DNA of 58,335 nt, the filler included, from Sphacelaria rigidula (Eukaryota), in the NCBI GenBank assembly GCA_964200075.2. It is 9 parts of 9 records of this genome, joined end to end, with 100 filler letters (N's around TTAATTAATTAA, not from the genome) between each part and the next. Parts side by side here need not be neighbours in the genome. Positions count along the whole stretch, not along the records: positions 6,495 to 12,888 come from CAXNAA020020344.1; positions 12,989 to 19,381 come from CAXNAA020020345.1; positions 19,482 to 25,874 come from CAXNAA020020346.1; 6 more parts are not named here. One strand, 5' to 3'. The translations under genes and the position numbers were made by a program. Numbering within the stretch: position 1 is the first letter of the stretch; every line of letters begins with the position of its first letter. Below, piece by piece: positions 10,962-22,965 of this stretch. The notes under the pieces were generated by a model that saw only the letters and a list, made by a program, of their open reading frames with translations, did no database searches and was not told the origin of the DNA.

Positions 10962-12839
10962 CTTGTTCGGGATTGCATGCCACAACAAATGCAAAGGAGC
11001 GCGAGCACCACCACAAAAAGGGCGGAGGCACAGTCGCGAGGGTTGGGAAATGGAGATTACATTCGCTAGAGATGAACGCAACAGAGGGGGAGATGATGCC
11101 GAAAGGAAAAAAAACGATATTTTCAAATAGGGTGAAGGCTTCATCAACTCCAAACTCTCAGGGGTGACCTCATTTTGAGTTGAAGAGAGAGTATTGTGGC
11201 AAGTTTCACTGACAACAATCAGTCCGTAATAGTCAGTGCAGTACAAAACAAGAGAGATTGACAGAGGGCCATAGACAGTATTAGTGAAGACAGGAACAAG
11301 TACAACCCTCTCGGTTTTTTCAGTAGTTCATGTCTTGACAAACATGGACTGCTGGGACTATTAATGGTGCAGTGAGGAATTCATTGAGAAGAAGTGCCTT
11401 CAACATGAGCGACTCGTATAGGCTCCCATAGGCAGTGCCTAGAGAAACAACCTGCGGCGCAGACTGCAAACATGCCGCAGCCGTGCATCAGCATCACCCC
11501 ACTTGTCGTGCTCCTTGTGACTGAGAGAATTTGGTCACAAAGAGGAACAAACGAAAAAACCTGCAATGCCGCAGCAACATTTTTGACATCGTGGAAAGCA
11601 AACGCACGAGCGCTTACCACACTTGGTTCGATGGAGGCCACATATCTCCACCGTGGAGTGTGCCTCCATGGCACGATCGTCCACCTCGTGCTGAGGTGGG
11701 TCGCAGTTCAAGATGGCCTTATCCGGTGCAGGCAAGCCTGTTCCGCTGGTTTCACGAGATTACTGATTTTGTCATTTTCCATCACGGGACACAACGATTT
11801 TGTTTTGCATTTGTCACATCGAGTTTTTTTCAGATTTTCTCAGATCCATTTATACCATGCCGGTATTATCAACACGATGTTCAACGGATCACGGTGAGCG
11901 CTCGACTGGACGCGAAGAAATACGCAAGGGATACAAATTGACACGCAGCGATTCTTGCCCACGTCTCCGGTTCAGTATAAGATCATTGTATTGGAGCTCT
12001 GGATATTCTTTTAACTCACCATAATTGTTGTCGTGAGGAGCATACGCGACGCGTACAATTGCTCCCTCCTGAGGAATGGCAAGCTTTTTCAATATTGATT
12101 TTCTCTGTGAAGATGAGATCAATGCCACTGAAAGCTGAAAGTGGTTTTGTTGGACCTCATCATTGTGTCCCTTCTACCGATGATCATTCGGTAGTACCTT
12201 GCACTAATATAGGATCTTGTTTAAATTATTATCGCCAGAGGCGGCGTCATATCCCGTACATTGACGGTTTCCGATTTTTGTTCCTTCTTGTTTCGTGCAG
12301 CGGGACCACTGAGATGAGGCTTCAGCAGTGCTCCGGTGCTCCGATATCGCTTATTTTCGGTGCACTCAGCTAGAGCCTGCAAAACCCCCCCCGTATGGTC
12401 TATGCATGCACGACGGGACAACTCTCACGACGGGATGTAGCGTCAAACACACGTGCATACACTGCACCAGGTGCGGAGTAAATAATTGTGCCGCACACGT
12501 GGGTCGCAGTTTACGATTGCGGGGCTCTCGCTGCATGGAACAAGCGGCAGCAGTGGCAGCGGCAGCGGCAGCAGCAGCAGCTCATGCTTTGGTGCGGTAG
12601 TATATACACCGCAGAATTAATTCAGCATGAACTTAGGGGAGCTGTGGCTGTGGGACAAGAAGAAGCTCCCATGCAAAATCAGACAGGTGAGGTGGGCGTA
12701 TTCGATACCTTAATACAAAAAGGTAATCCATTCGCAGCGGATGCATCGGCCAACGCACACGCGTCTTGTCGTCCAGGAGGTGGTGAACACTGCAGGTCCA
12801 CGTGCGACCATCACCCTGGCCAACAAAGGAGACATCCTA

Positions 12840-12888
12840 CGATAGGGGGGGGGGTATTTTGTTGCACGAAAAAAGAGGCTCATAAGTG
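12840..12888. mobile_element. End of mariner-like MITE (TA-CGAT-G-run-TATTT family), cut by contig end
   Basis: Similar to 37409-37638 and 41319-41555. Confidence 0.6.
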
Positions 12889-12988
12889 NNNNNNNNNNNN
12901 NNNNNNNNNNNNNNNNNNNNNNNNNNNNNNNNTTAATTAATTAANNNNNNNNNNNNNNNNNNNNNNNNNNNNNNNNNNNNNNNNNNNN
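12889..12988. other. Artificial contig linker
   Basis: Same 100-bp pattern. Confidence 0.97.
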
Positions 12989-13041
12989 GAAGAAATCGTG
13001 AATTTGGTGATTTTGAGTCGTGATGATTTGTCTTCACCGTG
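12989..13041 (-). mobile_element. Partial copy of the 260-bp hAT MITE
   Basis: Reverse complement of 13981-14033. Confidence 0.7.
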
Positions 13042-13129
13042 AAATGCTCCTTCCGCAAAGATTCACCATATTCCATATTTCTCCAGTAAAAGTGGAAGGA
13101 TGCTACACCTTGGACAATGACAATATGTC

Positions 13130-13420
13130 GTTAATAGTTGCAATAGACAAAAAATATACTGCGTAAAGTACAGGCTTACTGCGACTGTTGTCGGCCATCA
13201 ATAGATCACATCCTGAACAATATATGGTCCCACGATAGTCGCAATAGGCCTATACTTCATGTAGTATGTTTCTTGTTTATTGCAACTTTTGACCAAATAT
13301 TGCCCAAGGCGTGCAATAGTTGCAATAGAGCTATACTTTATCCCGTACATATTGTCTATTACATTACTTGACCATATATTTTCCACGGTGTGCAGTAGTT
13401 GCAACAGGCCTGTACTTCAC
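13130..13420. repeat. Degenerate ~80-bp tandem repeat
   Basis: Core tagt(t/c)gcaa(t/c)ag..ct(a/g)tactt at about 13235, 13316 and 13395, with a weaker copy at 13134. Confidence 0.5.
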
Positions 13421-13719
13421 GCATTACATTTATGTCGATTGTGACTATTGCACGCATGCTGTTCAGGGTGCGGAGGATTCTGATCACGAGGAGTCTAACG
13501 TTGGGCAAAAGGTTCAGCATAGTGTGGCTTTCCAAGGTCTTCTCTTTATATATTTGGGGAAATAACAAAACAGAAACAGCTTTGGAATCCCTGACAAAAA
13601 TAAAACACGAGCAAACCCTTCGTCTTTTGTGAGCACATCATCAACTCTTGATGTGGTTTTGTCCATCACGGCAGGGAGGGAAGGAGGGAGACGGAGAGGG
13701 GTGCCATCCATCGTACGGA

Positions 13720-14310
13720 CATAAACACTACTTTTTTCGTCGATTCATTCATCTGTCGCACATTGAACCCCTCCGTTTCCTCGGGACGAGTTCGCGTCAT
13801 CAAAAGGGATCACCCCATCTCTCCCCCGGGACACGCCTTACATTTTGGTCTCGCGAATTGGATCATGACTATCACCACTCCCGCATCGCGTCGACTCTCG
13901 TCTAACGATCTGTCAACTACTTCGTTTACTCACGTTCTCACGCTTTTCACGGTGGAAATCAGATACTACGAAGAAACAACCACGGTTAGGACGGATCATC
14001 GCGACTAAAAACCACCAAATTCACGATTTCTTCGGCCTGATTACCCCAAAAGGGAGAAAAAACTTGACCGCTGGTCCAAGGTGGGTATCCACGCAACTTT
14101 TGCGCCATTCCACGTGTCTGGGCTGCGGGTACCTGGGTTGCGACGCTGAAAACAAAGCCTAGGAATTGATTCGTACGATTCGAATCAATGACATTGAAAC
14201 CAAGTGATTTTCAGACGAATCCTTGATTTGTTCGACCCTTGGAAACAACCCAACGCATCGGGAATCGAACCCTCATTCTCTACCCTAATGGCGACAGTCA
14301 CCACCGGGGC
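13720..14310 (-). mobile_element. tRNA-headed SINE-like element interrupted by a hAT MITE
   Basis: B-box-like ggttcgattc in head (14250-14310); body homologous to 17290-17545 and 41640-41750. Confidence 0.6.
13981..14241. mobile_element. hAT-type MITE (261 bp)
   Basis: Imperfect TIR cacggttaggacgga/caagggtcgaacaaa; perfect 8-bp TSD gaaacaac; second full copy at 44051-44310. Confidence 0.88.
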
Positions 14311-14445
14311 GCATGAATACTGAGTCACAGTATACATGCGATGAGGTGCTCGATGAGGCTGGAGAAGAGCGTCAGACTTGCCTGCATCGCGTTCCGCCCC
14401 GGGGTGGACAGGAAGGAATCGCTCACACGGCCAGCGGCTGAGACA

Positions 14446-14487
14446 CTAGACGGCCCTTGACCAATCCCATCGCCCAAGCTTAAGCTC
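14446..14487 (-). CDS. Candidate terminal exon (ELKLGRWDWSRAV*) of the contig-3 gene
   Basis: cag acceptor, phase 0 compatible with exon 15428-15657; speculative. Confidence 0.3.
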   Translation of the reverse strand, partial: ELKLGRWDWSRAV

Positions 14488-15427
14488 CTGCTCGTACAAG
14501 ACATACACGTCGGATCCGCGGTCGCATACAGTAGTGCAGTTCGAGTAGACCACGTAGTAAGCACGATGAAGGAGAAACAAAGTCGTTGCGCATCATTCGA
14601 CAACAAGTGGAGGTCCAAGTACGCGCATAAAAGAAATAAAATGATTTCACTGCCGCTTAGCCCTACATACATGTACACACACCGAAACGTACCACGATCA
14701 TCGGATCACGACCCTTGCGCGGGGATATGCCACGATGGAAGGTCATGTAGCTCATGAGAGAGGCGCATCAGATGATCTTCATGTAGGAAAGTTGAAAAAA
14801 AAATGTGAGGTGGGTTCGTCCCAATTCGGACCCCATATATCCATGATCCACACAATAAAAAAACCTCAACCTCAACCCTATTAGAGGCATATGGAAAACC
14901 CTAGGCCAAGAGAGGTGCAAAGAGTGCCCTACGCAAAGTGTGCGTTGGTAGACCTCAAATCGGCGGTTGTCGATGCGGACACAACACCCGTTCTGCGCAC
15001 GCTCGGGACTGCCAGCCTCACATAAAATCCGAATCTCGATGTCTACACTCGAAGTAAGTCATATCTGCCATGGGTATACTAGTGACTTCGAACTGGGACA
15101 ACTTGTGCTGAAAAACGCATGACCATGGCGTGAGGGATCAAAGACACACCGATGTGCGTGTGTTATCATCTCATATATTGTGAACGCCAGTCTACACCTT
15201 CCAGTATATGTGGGCGCACCAGTCGGGGTCACACAGGAGGAAGGCCAACACAGGGGTTATTCTTCTTTGTTTCGGTTCTTCACCTTCCTTTTGCGGTGGT
15301 TGCCCCTTTTTTTTTTCTTAACGCAAGGGGGGTTCAGCACTCATTTTCCCTCGTCGACCGTCAAGTCGAAAATCGTGCACCTATATATATATATATATAT
15401 TGCTTTTTGTGAGATTTGTTTAATGAC

Positions 15428-15657
15428 CTCACTAATTTCTTTTTCCCCCCGACTACGTAGAACTTCAATTGCCAAAATAGATCTTTCAGAAAGATCATCC
15501 TGTGCTTGATTCCATTTTGATTTTACAATATTTTGTTTTGTAATTTCCATCTGATTATTCATTTCTTGAACAACTAGATCGACTTGTGATAATTGTTTTT
15601 TAGCTTCATTATAACGTTTTTGAGAATCTACTAAACGTGTTTCTGCTTCTTCTGAAG
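15428..15657 (-). CDS. AT-rich exon encoding a coiled coil (SEEAETRLVDSQKRYNEAKKQL..EKEISE)
   Basis: Open frame bounded by polyT-aag and gt; heptad-like composition. Confidence 0.6.
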
Positions 15658-16339
15658 CTTAAATAAAAAAAAATTACGGGTAGTAAGAACGTCAGTTAAA
15701 AAATTATATATATATATTTACTCAATGATTTTCTCTTTGATGTATATCATGCACGCGATTTTTCAAGCCCTTACTCCGCACGGTCTCCGAAAATCGCGAC
15801 AGATCAGAGACATATTTGCTCAGGTGCAATGGAAATTGAAGCGCCTCCTACATCGCGAACGAGACGAGGTGAACTCAACACGCGAATGAATACGGGAGCA
15901 CCGGGAAAAGATCAAAAACCTCATGTTCCAGAGTAGTTGATCCAACCTACAATACCGTCAATCATTGCCCTCCCATCCCCTTGACATGAAACAGTTGTCG
16001 AGAGTCTCAAATTGTTCCGACAGATGAGCAGAGCGCACCGCAACTTGATGCTCGTGAATTGTTCACACGTTATATCTAATTTACTCATCAACTCAAAATA
16101 TATATAAAGCACACTGATCAATCCCTTCCGTTCCTCGGAAAGAGCTCATCCATGGTCTCGAGGGATCAATCCATCCAACCTCTCTCCCGGTGACGTGCAC
16201 TCGTGCCATGTACTCTACCACGTAATGCTTCCTTCCCCCCCACCCCGGCCCCCGCACCCGCACCCATTCCTCACCTCCCATACGCCCTAGTGCCCTCCTG
16301 TCCAACGTTCCCCATCCCTTCCACCTCCATCTCACTCAC

Positions 16340-16722
16340 GATCCCGCTTCCTCCTTCGCCCCCGTCAGTCGCGTCCATCGCCTCTCGCTCTGCGGCGGCC
16401 GCCTGCCCGGCGGCCTTCGCCGCCCGAGCGGCGCCAGCGGCGCCAGCCGCGGCTGCCGCCGCTGCCTTGGCGGCGCGATCCGCTGCCGCCTCAGCCTCTT
16501 CCTGCGTGACGGCGTCAGCGGCGTCGGCTGCGGCAGCCACCGCTTCGTTGGCGAGATCCGACGCGGTGCGGCCCGCGAAGGCGGCCTGCTCGGCAGCGGC
16601 AGCGGCGACTTCGGCAGAGCTTGCGTCGGAGCTGCTGGTGGCCGGGGAGCAGAATGGAGCTGCTCGTGCTGAGCCGAGGGTGGCGTCGTCCGCCGTGTTT
16701 TGGGTGTCGTAGTTCGCGAAGC
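16340..16722 (-). CDS. Ala-rich exon, unknown protein
   Basis: cag/gtgag boundaries; GC3-rich codons; phase-1 join with exon 16870-17008. Confidence 0.75.
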
Positions 16723-16869
16723 CTGTGGCCGGATGGTACAGCGTAAGGGACGGGGATGGGGACGGGGGGAATAAAGACATGGCTAGAAAAAAATCAAACA
16801 TCCTAAATTATGTCTGCACGACGACTAAACGCGAGTGTTGTTGAATTTTGGAGAAAAATTATATCTCAC

Positions 16870-17008
16870 CGATGGACGATGACGCCGAAGCGGAACTTGT
16901 GCCTGCCGTAGTAGCGGAGGCGGAGGGAGCGAGCTTGGACTCGCGAGCACGCAGTGTTGCGTCGGCGCCCAGCCCATGCACTTCTCCATTGACGCCCGCG
17001 GGTATTCC
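16870..17008 (-). CDS. Exon of the same unknown protein
   Basis: polyT-ccaag acceptor, gtgag donor; frame continues into 16340-16722. Confidence 0.7.
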
Positions 17009-17289
17009 CTTGGAAAAAAAAAAAGGAACGAGTTTCATCACATGAGAGAAAAAAAAAAGTGAGCAATAATATTAAACAAGCCAGAAATTTGGAAGCAAGA
17101 GAAAAAAAAACACACACGCACACACAAAAAGGTTTATCTTCATCCGAGCTACAAACAAAACCAAATAAAACAAGCCAGAATACACACATGAGGTACATAC
17201 AGACAGCAGACCAACAAGCAGGACCCGTTGGCACGTTTTCTTCTCCTCGTGATGTCACGTGTCCAACCTCCCAACCTTCCTCGGGAAGA

Positions 17290-17545
17290 GCTCGTAGTCT
17301 CAAGGGACCAACCCATGCATGTCCCCGGTACACGCATCCCACTGTCATCTCGCGGATTTGAATAATCGGAATCATCACTCCCGCACCGCGTCAACTCTCG
17401 CCAGAACAGACTCAGCCGAACTCTTCTTTAGTCTACCCACGTCCTTGCGCTTCGAACGGCATACATCAGATACTCCGATGAAAAGTGCTCAAACACACAC
17501 TAGCGGGAAATCGAACCCGGATTCTCTCCACCCTGGCGGGGGACA
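17290..17545 (-). mobile_element. tRNA-headed SINE-like copy
   Basis: Homologous to 13810-13980 plus head; ggttcgatttc B-box-like. Confidence 0.55.
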
Positions 17546-17614
17546 CGACCTTTTTTTTGTCGTCGGACAAGGTTCCTCGACGGTCTATCTCATAATATGG
17601 AAAGCTTTTTATTT

Positions 17615-17782
17615 TTATATTTCCAGGAGCTAACACGAACTAGGTCACTCCCTACGAATACGTCACAAGTCACGAGATTTCGCCACCACGTGTAAAGTTA
17701 TATTTTTCACTATTTCCAGGAAGCTAAAACGAACTAGGTCGCTCTTTACGAATACGTCACCAGTCACGAGATTTCGCCACCA
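17615..17782. repeat. Two diverged ~73-bp direct repeats about 95 bp apart
   Basis: tatttccagga..acgaactaggtc..tacgaatacgtcac.agtcacgagatttcgccacca twice. Confidence 0.75.
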
Positions 17783-19021
17783 GACCCGGACGTTCATGTC
17801 GGGGAGTGTAAGGCCAGCTCTACCCGAATGCCTCACGTACCCGTACAATATAAAACAACAACCAGTGTGGAGCTGAAAAAAACTGAGAGTGGTGGTCTGA
17901 CGATGTGGCGCTGAAAAAAACTGCAGGAAAATGACAAACGCCATAGCTGTACTGAAACCTACCCCCGAAAGCTACCGAAATACTCCCTCCATGCCGTGAT
18001 ATAAGCTGGATAAGGATTTTCCGAATATAAGCGTGGCTTGTCGTTCAAGGTGTCACACGAGGCTTTCTTTGCGCCATTTTCGTTCCATCATCCCTCCATT
18101 GGTAGTACGACTGAAGAAAACGATTGACACAGGGGATGGTTAGTTTTCATTCCCTCCCTGGAAAAATGTTTCTCCGGCCGGGCTTCCCAGGATCTGACGT
18201 GTAAAAAAACTGGGGTCTTGTTTTTTTCCCTCGTGCCGAACAAGGAAATGTTTTTTTTCGATCTTTGTCTATGGAGGAATCTTGGGTATGTAAAACGTGT
18301 TGTAGACTGAAAATCTGAGAAAAAAGCAACCTCTGTCCCTTTGACCGGAGGAAAAAATAAAGGGTGCCGAAAATGGAAAACTCGAACAGAAAAATCAACA
18401 CAGAGGGGAACAAATGGGAAAAAAAAGTGAGTTTTCGAAGAAAAAGAAATGTCTGACGTGAGAATCGAATTCTTGACCGTCAATGACCGTCAAGCTCATT
18501 TTTTTTCAAGCCCAAACCTCGCTTATATTACGGAACGGAGGGAGTACAAAAAAGAAAAGAAAAGAGCGAAACCTGTACATCAAAGGCAACCACAGCCAAC
18601 ATCATGTGACTGCTCGAGCCGCTACAACAATTGACAACCCGCGGGATAGGAAGACCTCTAACATGACACATTGAATTCGTTCAGTTATCATAGAACGCTC
18701 GCGCCTGTCAGGTGGGGTCCGGGACAGTGCGCTGCTTATCCCGTTATTAGCTACGTGAAAGATCTTCAACAAAATCAATTCAACAAAGGGGAAAAAAAAA
18801 CATGCATATTTTTGGCGCAAACACCCAAAGCAATAATCGAAGGCTATACAAATCCCCTCCCTTCCGCCGACAGCATGAGCTGTTAGGTACAGTACCGGGG
18901 TAGCGCAATGAACCGGAACATGGATCACAGTTAGGTGGGAGAAGGGGGAGGTGGCCTACCCCTCCTCCTCCTCCCCCCCCTCCAAACCCCTAACAAACGT
19001 TGTTCAAGCCATGCTCCTCAC

Positions 19022-19108
19022 CGGTCGAGAAAAGTTGTTCCGTTGAGCCAACTCTCCCGTTACCTGGCCCGCCGCTCCTTCTGACCACTCCCGCCCGTCA
19101 TCGAATTG
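19022..19108 (-). CDS. Candidate upstream exon of the contig-3 gene
   Basis: cag/gtgag boundaries, 29 codons, phase 0 into exon 17008. Confidence 0.45.
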
Positions 19109-19381
19109 CTGCAGCAGTATCACGTACGTCATGAGGGGGCGGGGAGCACACGACGGGGGCGCGGCTGAGAAAAATGTCAGAACATAAAATGACCACAGCG
19201 ACGCCGGCGAGGATGGATGAGAAACACACAGCGAAAGTGCGTGGAGTGGTCGATCGTCACACCATTCCATAATTTACTAATTCAGCTGCGAATCCCACCA
19301 TGGCTGCAGGAGAGAAGTATCAGGGGTGTATTCATGATCATGCACGCCATAGTCATCAGACCATTGACCTCGCATCCCTAC

Positions 19382-19481
19382 NNNNNNNNNNNNNNNNNNN
19401 NNNNNNNNNNNNNNNNNNNNNNNNNTTAATTAATTAANNNNNNNNNNNNNNNNNNNNNNNNNNNNNNNNNNNNNNNNNNNN
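19382..19481. other. Artificial contig linker
   Basis: Same 100-bp pattern. Confidence 0.97.
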
Positions 19482-19581
19482 ACAGACTCCGCCCCCCCCC
19501 CCCCCGATACATGTTGACATCTGAATAGTACCAGTCTCCCTCCTCCTCCTCCTCCTCCTCCCTCCTATCACGCCCTCACAG

Positions 19582-20807
19582 CAGCGCAAGAAAAATGGTA
19601 CCAGTGTGAGCAGCACAAATGGCAAGAATCAGCGCCCTGCGTCACCTTCATCCTCAGCGCGTAGTGCCGCTACCGGTGCCGCCGCCGCCACCGGTATCGG
19701 ACAGGAACATCACGGAACCCGCCACCCTGACCATTTCACTGCGGCTCCTTCCTCTACAACTCCCTCCCGTCAGCAGCAGCATTGGTCCACCACCCACAGC
19801 AACATAAACAACAATAGCGGCAACAGCAAGGGTTCCGCAACCGCGATGATGCACCCATTCCCAGCGTCCGGACCCCCCTCCCCTTCGACCACAGCGACAG
19901 TACCCTCGTCTTCGGATGTTCATCGAACCAACATCCGCTCGAGCAGCGCAGGCAACGGCGATCTCATCAACAGTAGCTACGTCCACCTCTTGTCATCGCG
20001 AGGCAGTGGAGAAGCGGGAGAAGGAATGGTGTCGACGCGAGACAACGGCGAGCACGCAACCGGAGCGGGCGGCGGCGAAGGCGTAGGGCGAGAGTTTGAG
20101 ACAAACTCGCCGCCCGCCACCAGCAAGAGCTACCACCGAGATACATGTGCTCCACACGGCGGCGGTGACGGGGGTGACGATGGCGTTCTTGAGGTAGAAG
20201 GAAGCAGAATACACGCTGATGGCTACAGCAAAAACGACCACTCCCCCGTAGCGACAACACCACGAGGGAACAGTAGTAGTGCCGGGACAAGGCACGGAGA
20301 AAACGGACACGAAAGCGGGGCATTTTCGTCTCCGTCCGTCTCCGCGCACGCCACCGCTGGCGCCGGTGCTGGCGCCGCCAATAGATATCCCTCCCCATCA
20401 CAACGTCTCGGGCCTCGAAGCAGCCCCGAGCGCAACCGCTGGGAAGACCCGACAGCAGGTGCAACGACAGGTGACGGGGACAGCAACGGGCGCGGCTGGC
20501 CCGGCAGCAGCATCAGCAGCGGCCATCGGGAATACCAGGGCGGGAGGGATGCAGCAGTAGACTCCGTGCTTGCTCCTGCGGGGCTTGCGCCGCCGCCACC
20601 CCCACCGCCCGCGGGGGATGGCAACAATGGTGCTACTTCGCGCGGTACGAGGTCGTCTGTGGGGTCTCACCAGCCGTCTATGTCGGGGGCGGTGGCACCT
20701 GGGGGAGCGCCTGGACGAGGAACAGGAGAGGGAAGGGAAGATACGAATCTTGGAACGGCGGCGGGGGGGGGTCCGGTTGCGGGTGGGCAGATAATGGGTT
20801 TAGAGAG
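19582..20807 (+). CDS. Large exon, Ser/Gly/Ala-rich disordered protein of unknown function
   Basis: About 400 open codons; polypyrimidine-cag acceptor; gtgag donor. Confidence 0.75.
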
Positions 20808-22404
20808 GTGAGCTTGAGGATGTTGTTGGACCGGTGAAAATACGGATCAACAGATTTTGGATCAAGTGAAAGAAAACTGCAGCTCTAATCACTGTTGTTT
20901 TTTTCCTACAGAAGCTATGTTTGATATCTGCCCGTTGGCTTTTGGGTTGGGCTGGGTAGGATGCGATGTCAACGTGTTTTCGGGGGTGGACGCAAGGAGG
21001 GGAGTTCTTTGATAGTCTGATGGGCCCATGCATGACTTCGTCTACGGCCATCTTTTTTGTACCTCGACGCATATTTTTTTTGAAAATTTTGAAAGTGTGA
21101 TGTGCGTGGTGTGGGTAACCAGTGGCATCCTACACGGGTCTGTGAGGTCCACAACACCCAACATGCGACCGTAGTCAACATTACCGGGGGATGGGGTGCA
21201 TGCGACCTCGAGGTCTCATCCAGAGGGTGTGATACACTGCGTACAGGTCATCCGCGCCGTAGCTCACGGATGCGTCTCACTTGCAGTTAAAAGGTGCAAG
21301 TCGGCGATAACTGTTGCGAAATATTCACCGGAGACATGATATTGGTACTGTTTGGAATAAGAGTACAATATATGGGATCGACGGGCATCTATCATCTATA
21401 TAAAATATGCTGTCTACTAGACGTTATAGCTATTTGTAGCAAATGAAGAAAACGCGAACTCGAATACGCCGATATCGTGCGACATTTCGATGTGATGATA
21501 TATCCGATGCGATACGATTTTTCAAGACTGGTGAGGGTCAATATTACAGTGAGAGCGCTCGCGTGCCGTGGCATGTGTCGTCTATCCCCATCAGTCGCCT
21601 CATCGTGCTTGTTCATCATGCTCTTTGCTCTCTATGCTTTTTATGACTTCGCGTGTTATTGCCACCATTTTGTTTGTCATTATAGTTCATCGTTGTTTCC
21701 GCACATTAGCCCGACCTCTCAAACCCGTGGTCACGTTTAGTCTGATGTAAGTGAGTGTTATTATGGTGCTGTATGGTGAACCTGTTTCCTTGCCTCTTTT
21801 TGCGTGTGTTGTTCGCGTTTTTCCATCGGGCTCGCAAGGTCGGTGCTGGAACAAATGCTGTCGTCGCATATGTCCGGCCTTAAAGATGAGCTACGGCAGG
21901 AAATACGAAACCTTCACGTCGACGTGTTACGACAGTTCCACTCTTTACAGGTATGTATTTTGAAACTGAAAGCATGAACAACGGAAACCACACATCCGGT
22001 CGGCTACAACAATCACCTCTCTCGACAGGAAGTACAACAAATATTATTTGGAGATATACGCATACTATACGAAGATAAATCGAATGACTTGACCGCTCCT
22101 TCCTCGAAAGGGCATCGTAGTTTTTCCCAGGAGTTTTTGAACGCATACGGAGGAGGGGCCTAGGTCGATCGACTGGAACGAATTTTGTGACACGTTTTCG
22201 CTGCTTGTCCGATTTGACAGAGTGCGCTCGTAGCTCGCCTTGAAATGTACTCTGTACAGGTGAACATCCTCGTAAATCCTTCCCACATGATGGCACGCGA
22301 AGATGGTGCAGGTTGGGCGTGTCATCACTGACCCTTGGCACTGTCGCTGGCTACTACTGTAGCGTTACCGCAGCCCTCGAGTATTCGTCCGACTTGTGAC
22401 TGAA

Positions 22405-22405
<1 letters not shown>

Positions 22406-22432
<27 letters not shown>
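22406..22432. repeat. (CA)n microsatellite
   Basis: Direct observation. Confidence 0.9.
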
Positions 22433-22435
<3 letters not shown>

Positions 22436-22866
22436 TACTTTTTTCGACTTCACCTGTCGCCTCTTTGTTTCCCGGCGGGGGGTCAGCTACTTCGTCCATT
22501 TTTGTTTTGGTGCGTGATTGATGATTCTCACACATGACCATTAACTGACACGTGCGGTACTAACCAGGGTAGATACAGGAAAGCCCGCGAGGGAGACTCG
22601 GGCAGAGGGCGGAAACTCGAAAATAGAAAAGGGGAGAAACGCAAGAATGTCAAAACAAGAAGAACTGTGAAACCCAACAGACCCCTGCCGCATTCCTGGC
22701 TTCCGGTAAAGAGGCGGAGCAACATGACACCACAAAACAAGACACAGTATATATTGTAGTTCTAGAATGAAATTCACTGTGACCCATCTCGATAAATTTC
22801 TGAGATTTCTCCTTCCATTTTATTTTTCTTGTCTTTCGATACTACAACGGGCTGATCGGTGGACAG

Positions 22867-22965
22867 GACGAGCAAGCAGCAGCCATGTCTGGATTCGAGG
22901 AACGATTGGGAGGGCTGGTGGCCGAAAATCAAGCTCTAAGGGCAGAAAATGACAGGCTGCGACGG
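22867..22965 (+). CDS. Candidate coiled-coil exon (DEQAAAMSGFEERLGGLVAENQALRAENDRLRR)
   Basis: cag/gt boundaries, heptad pattern; phase does not join 20807 directly. Confidence 0.55.

Noticed and set aside
11498..11520. Micro-exon upstream of the ATE1 exon (HKEHDKW-G)
   Set aside because: Phase fits, but it would give WGYC instead of the conserved CGYC; unsupported without transcripts.
19654..20670. Antisense and alternate-frame ORFs over GC-rich exons (also 16203-16712 and 47703-48422)
   Set aside because: Shadow ORFs caused by stop-codon scarcity in GC-rich coding sequence.
21835..22337. Another CAAGG-ended hAT element
   Set aside because: TIR match is weak and the 8-bp flanks (cgggctcg vs gcactgtc) do not match.
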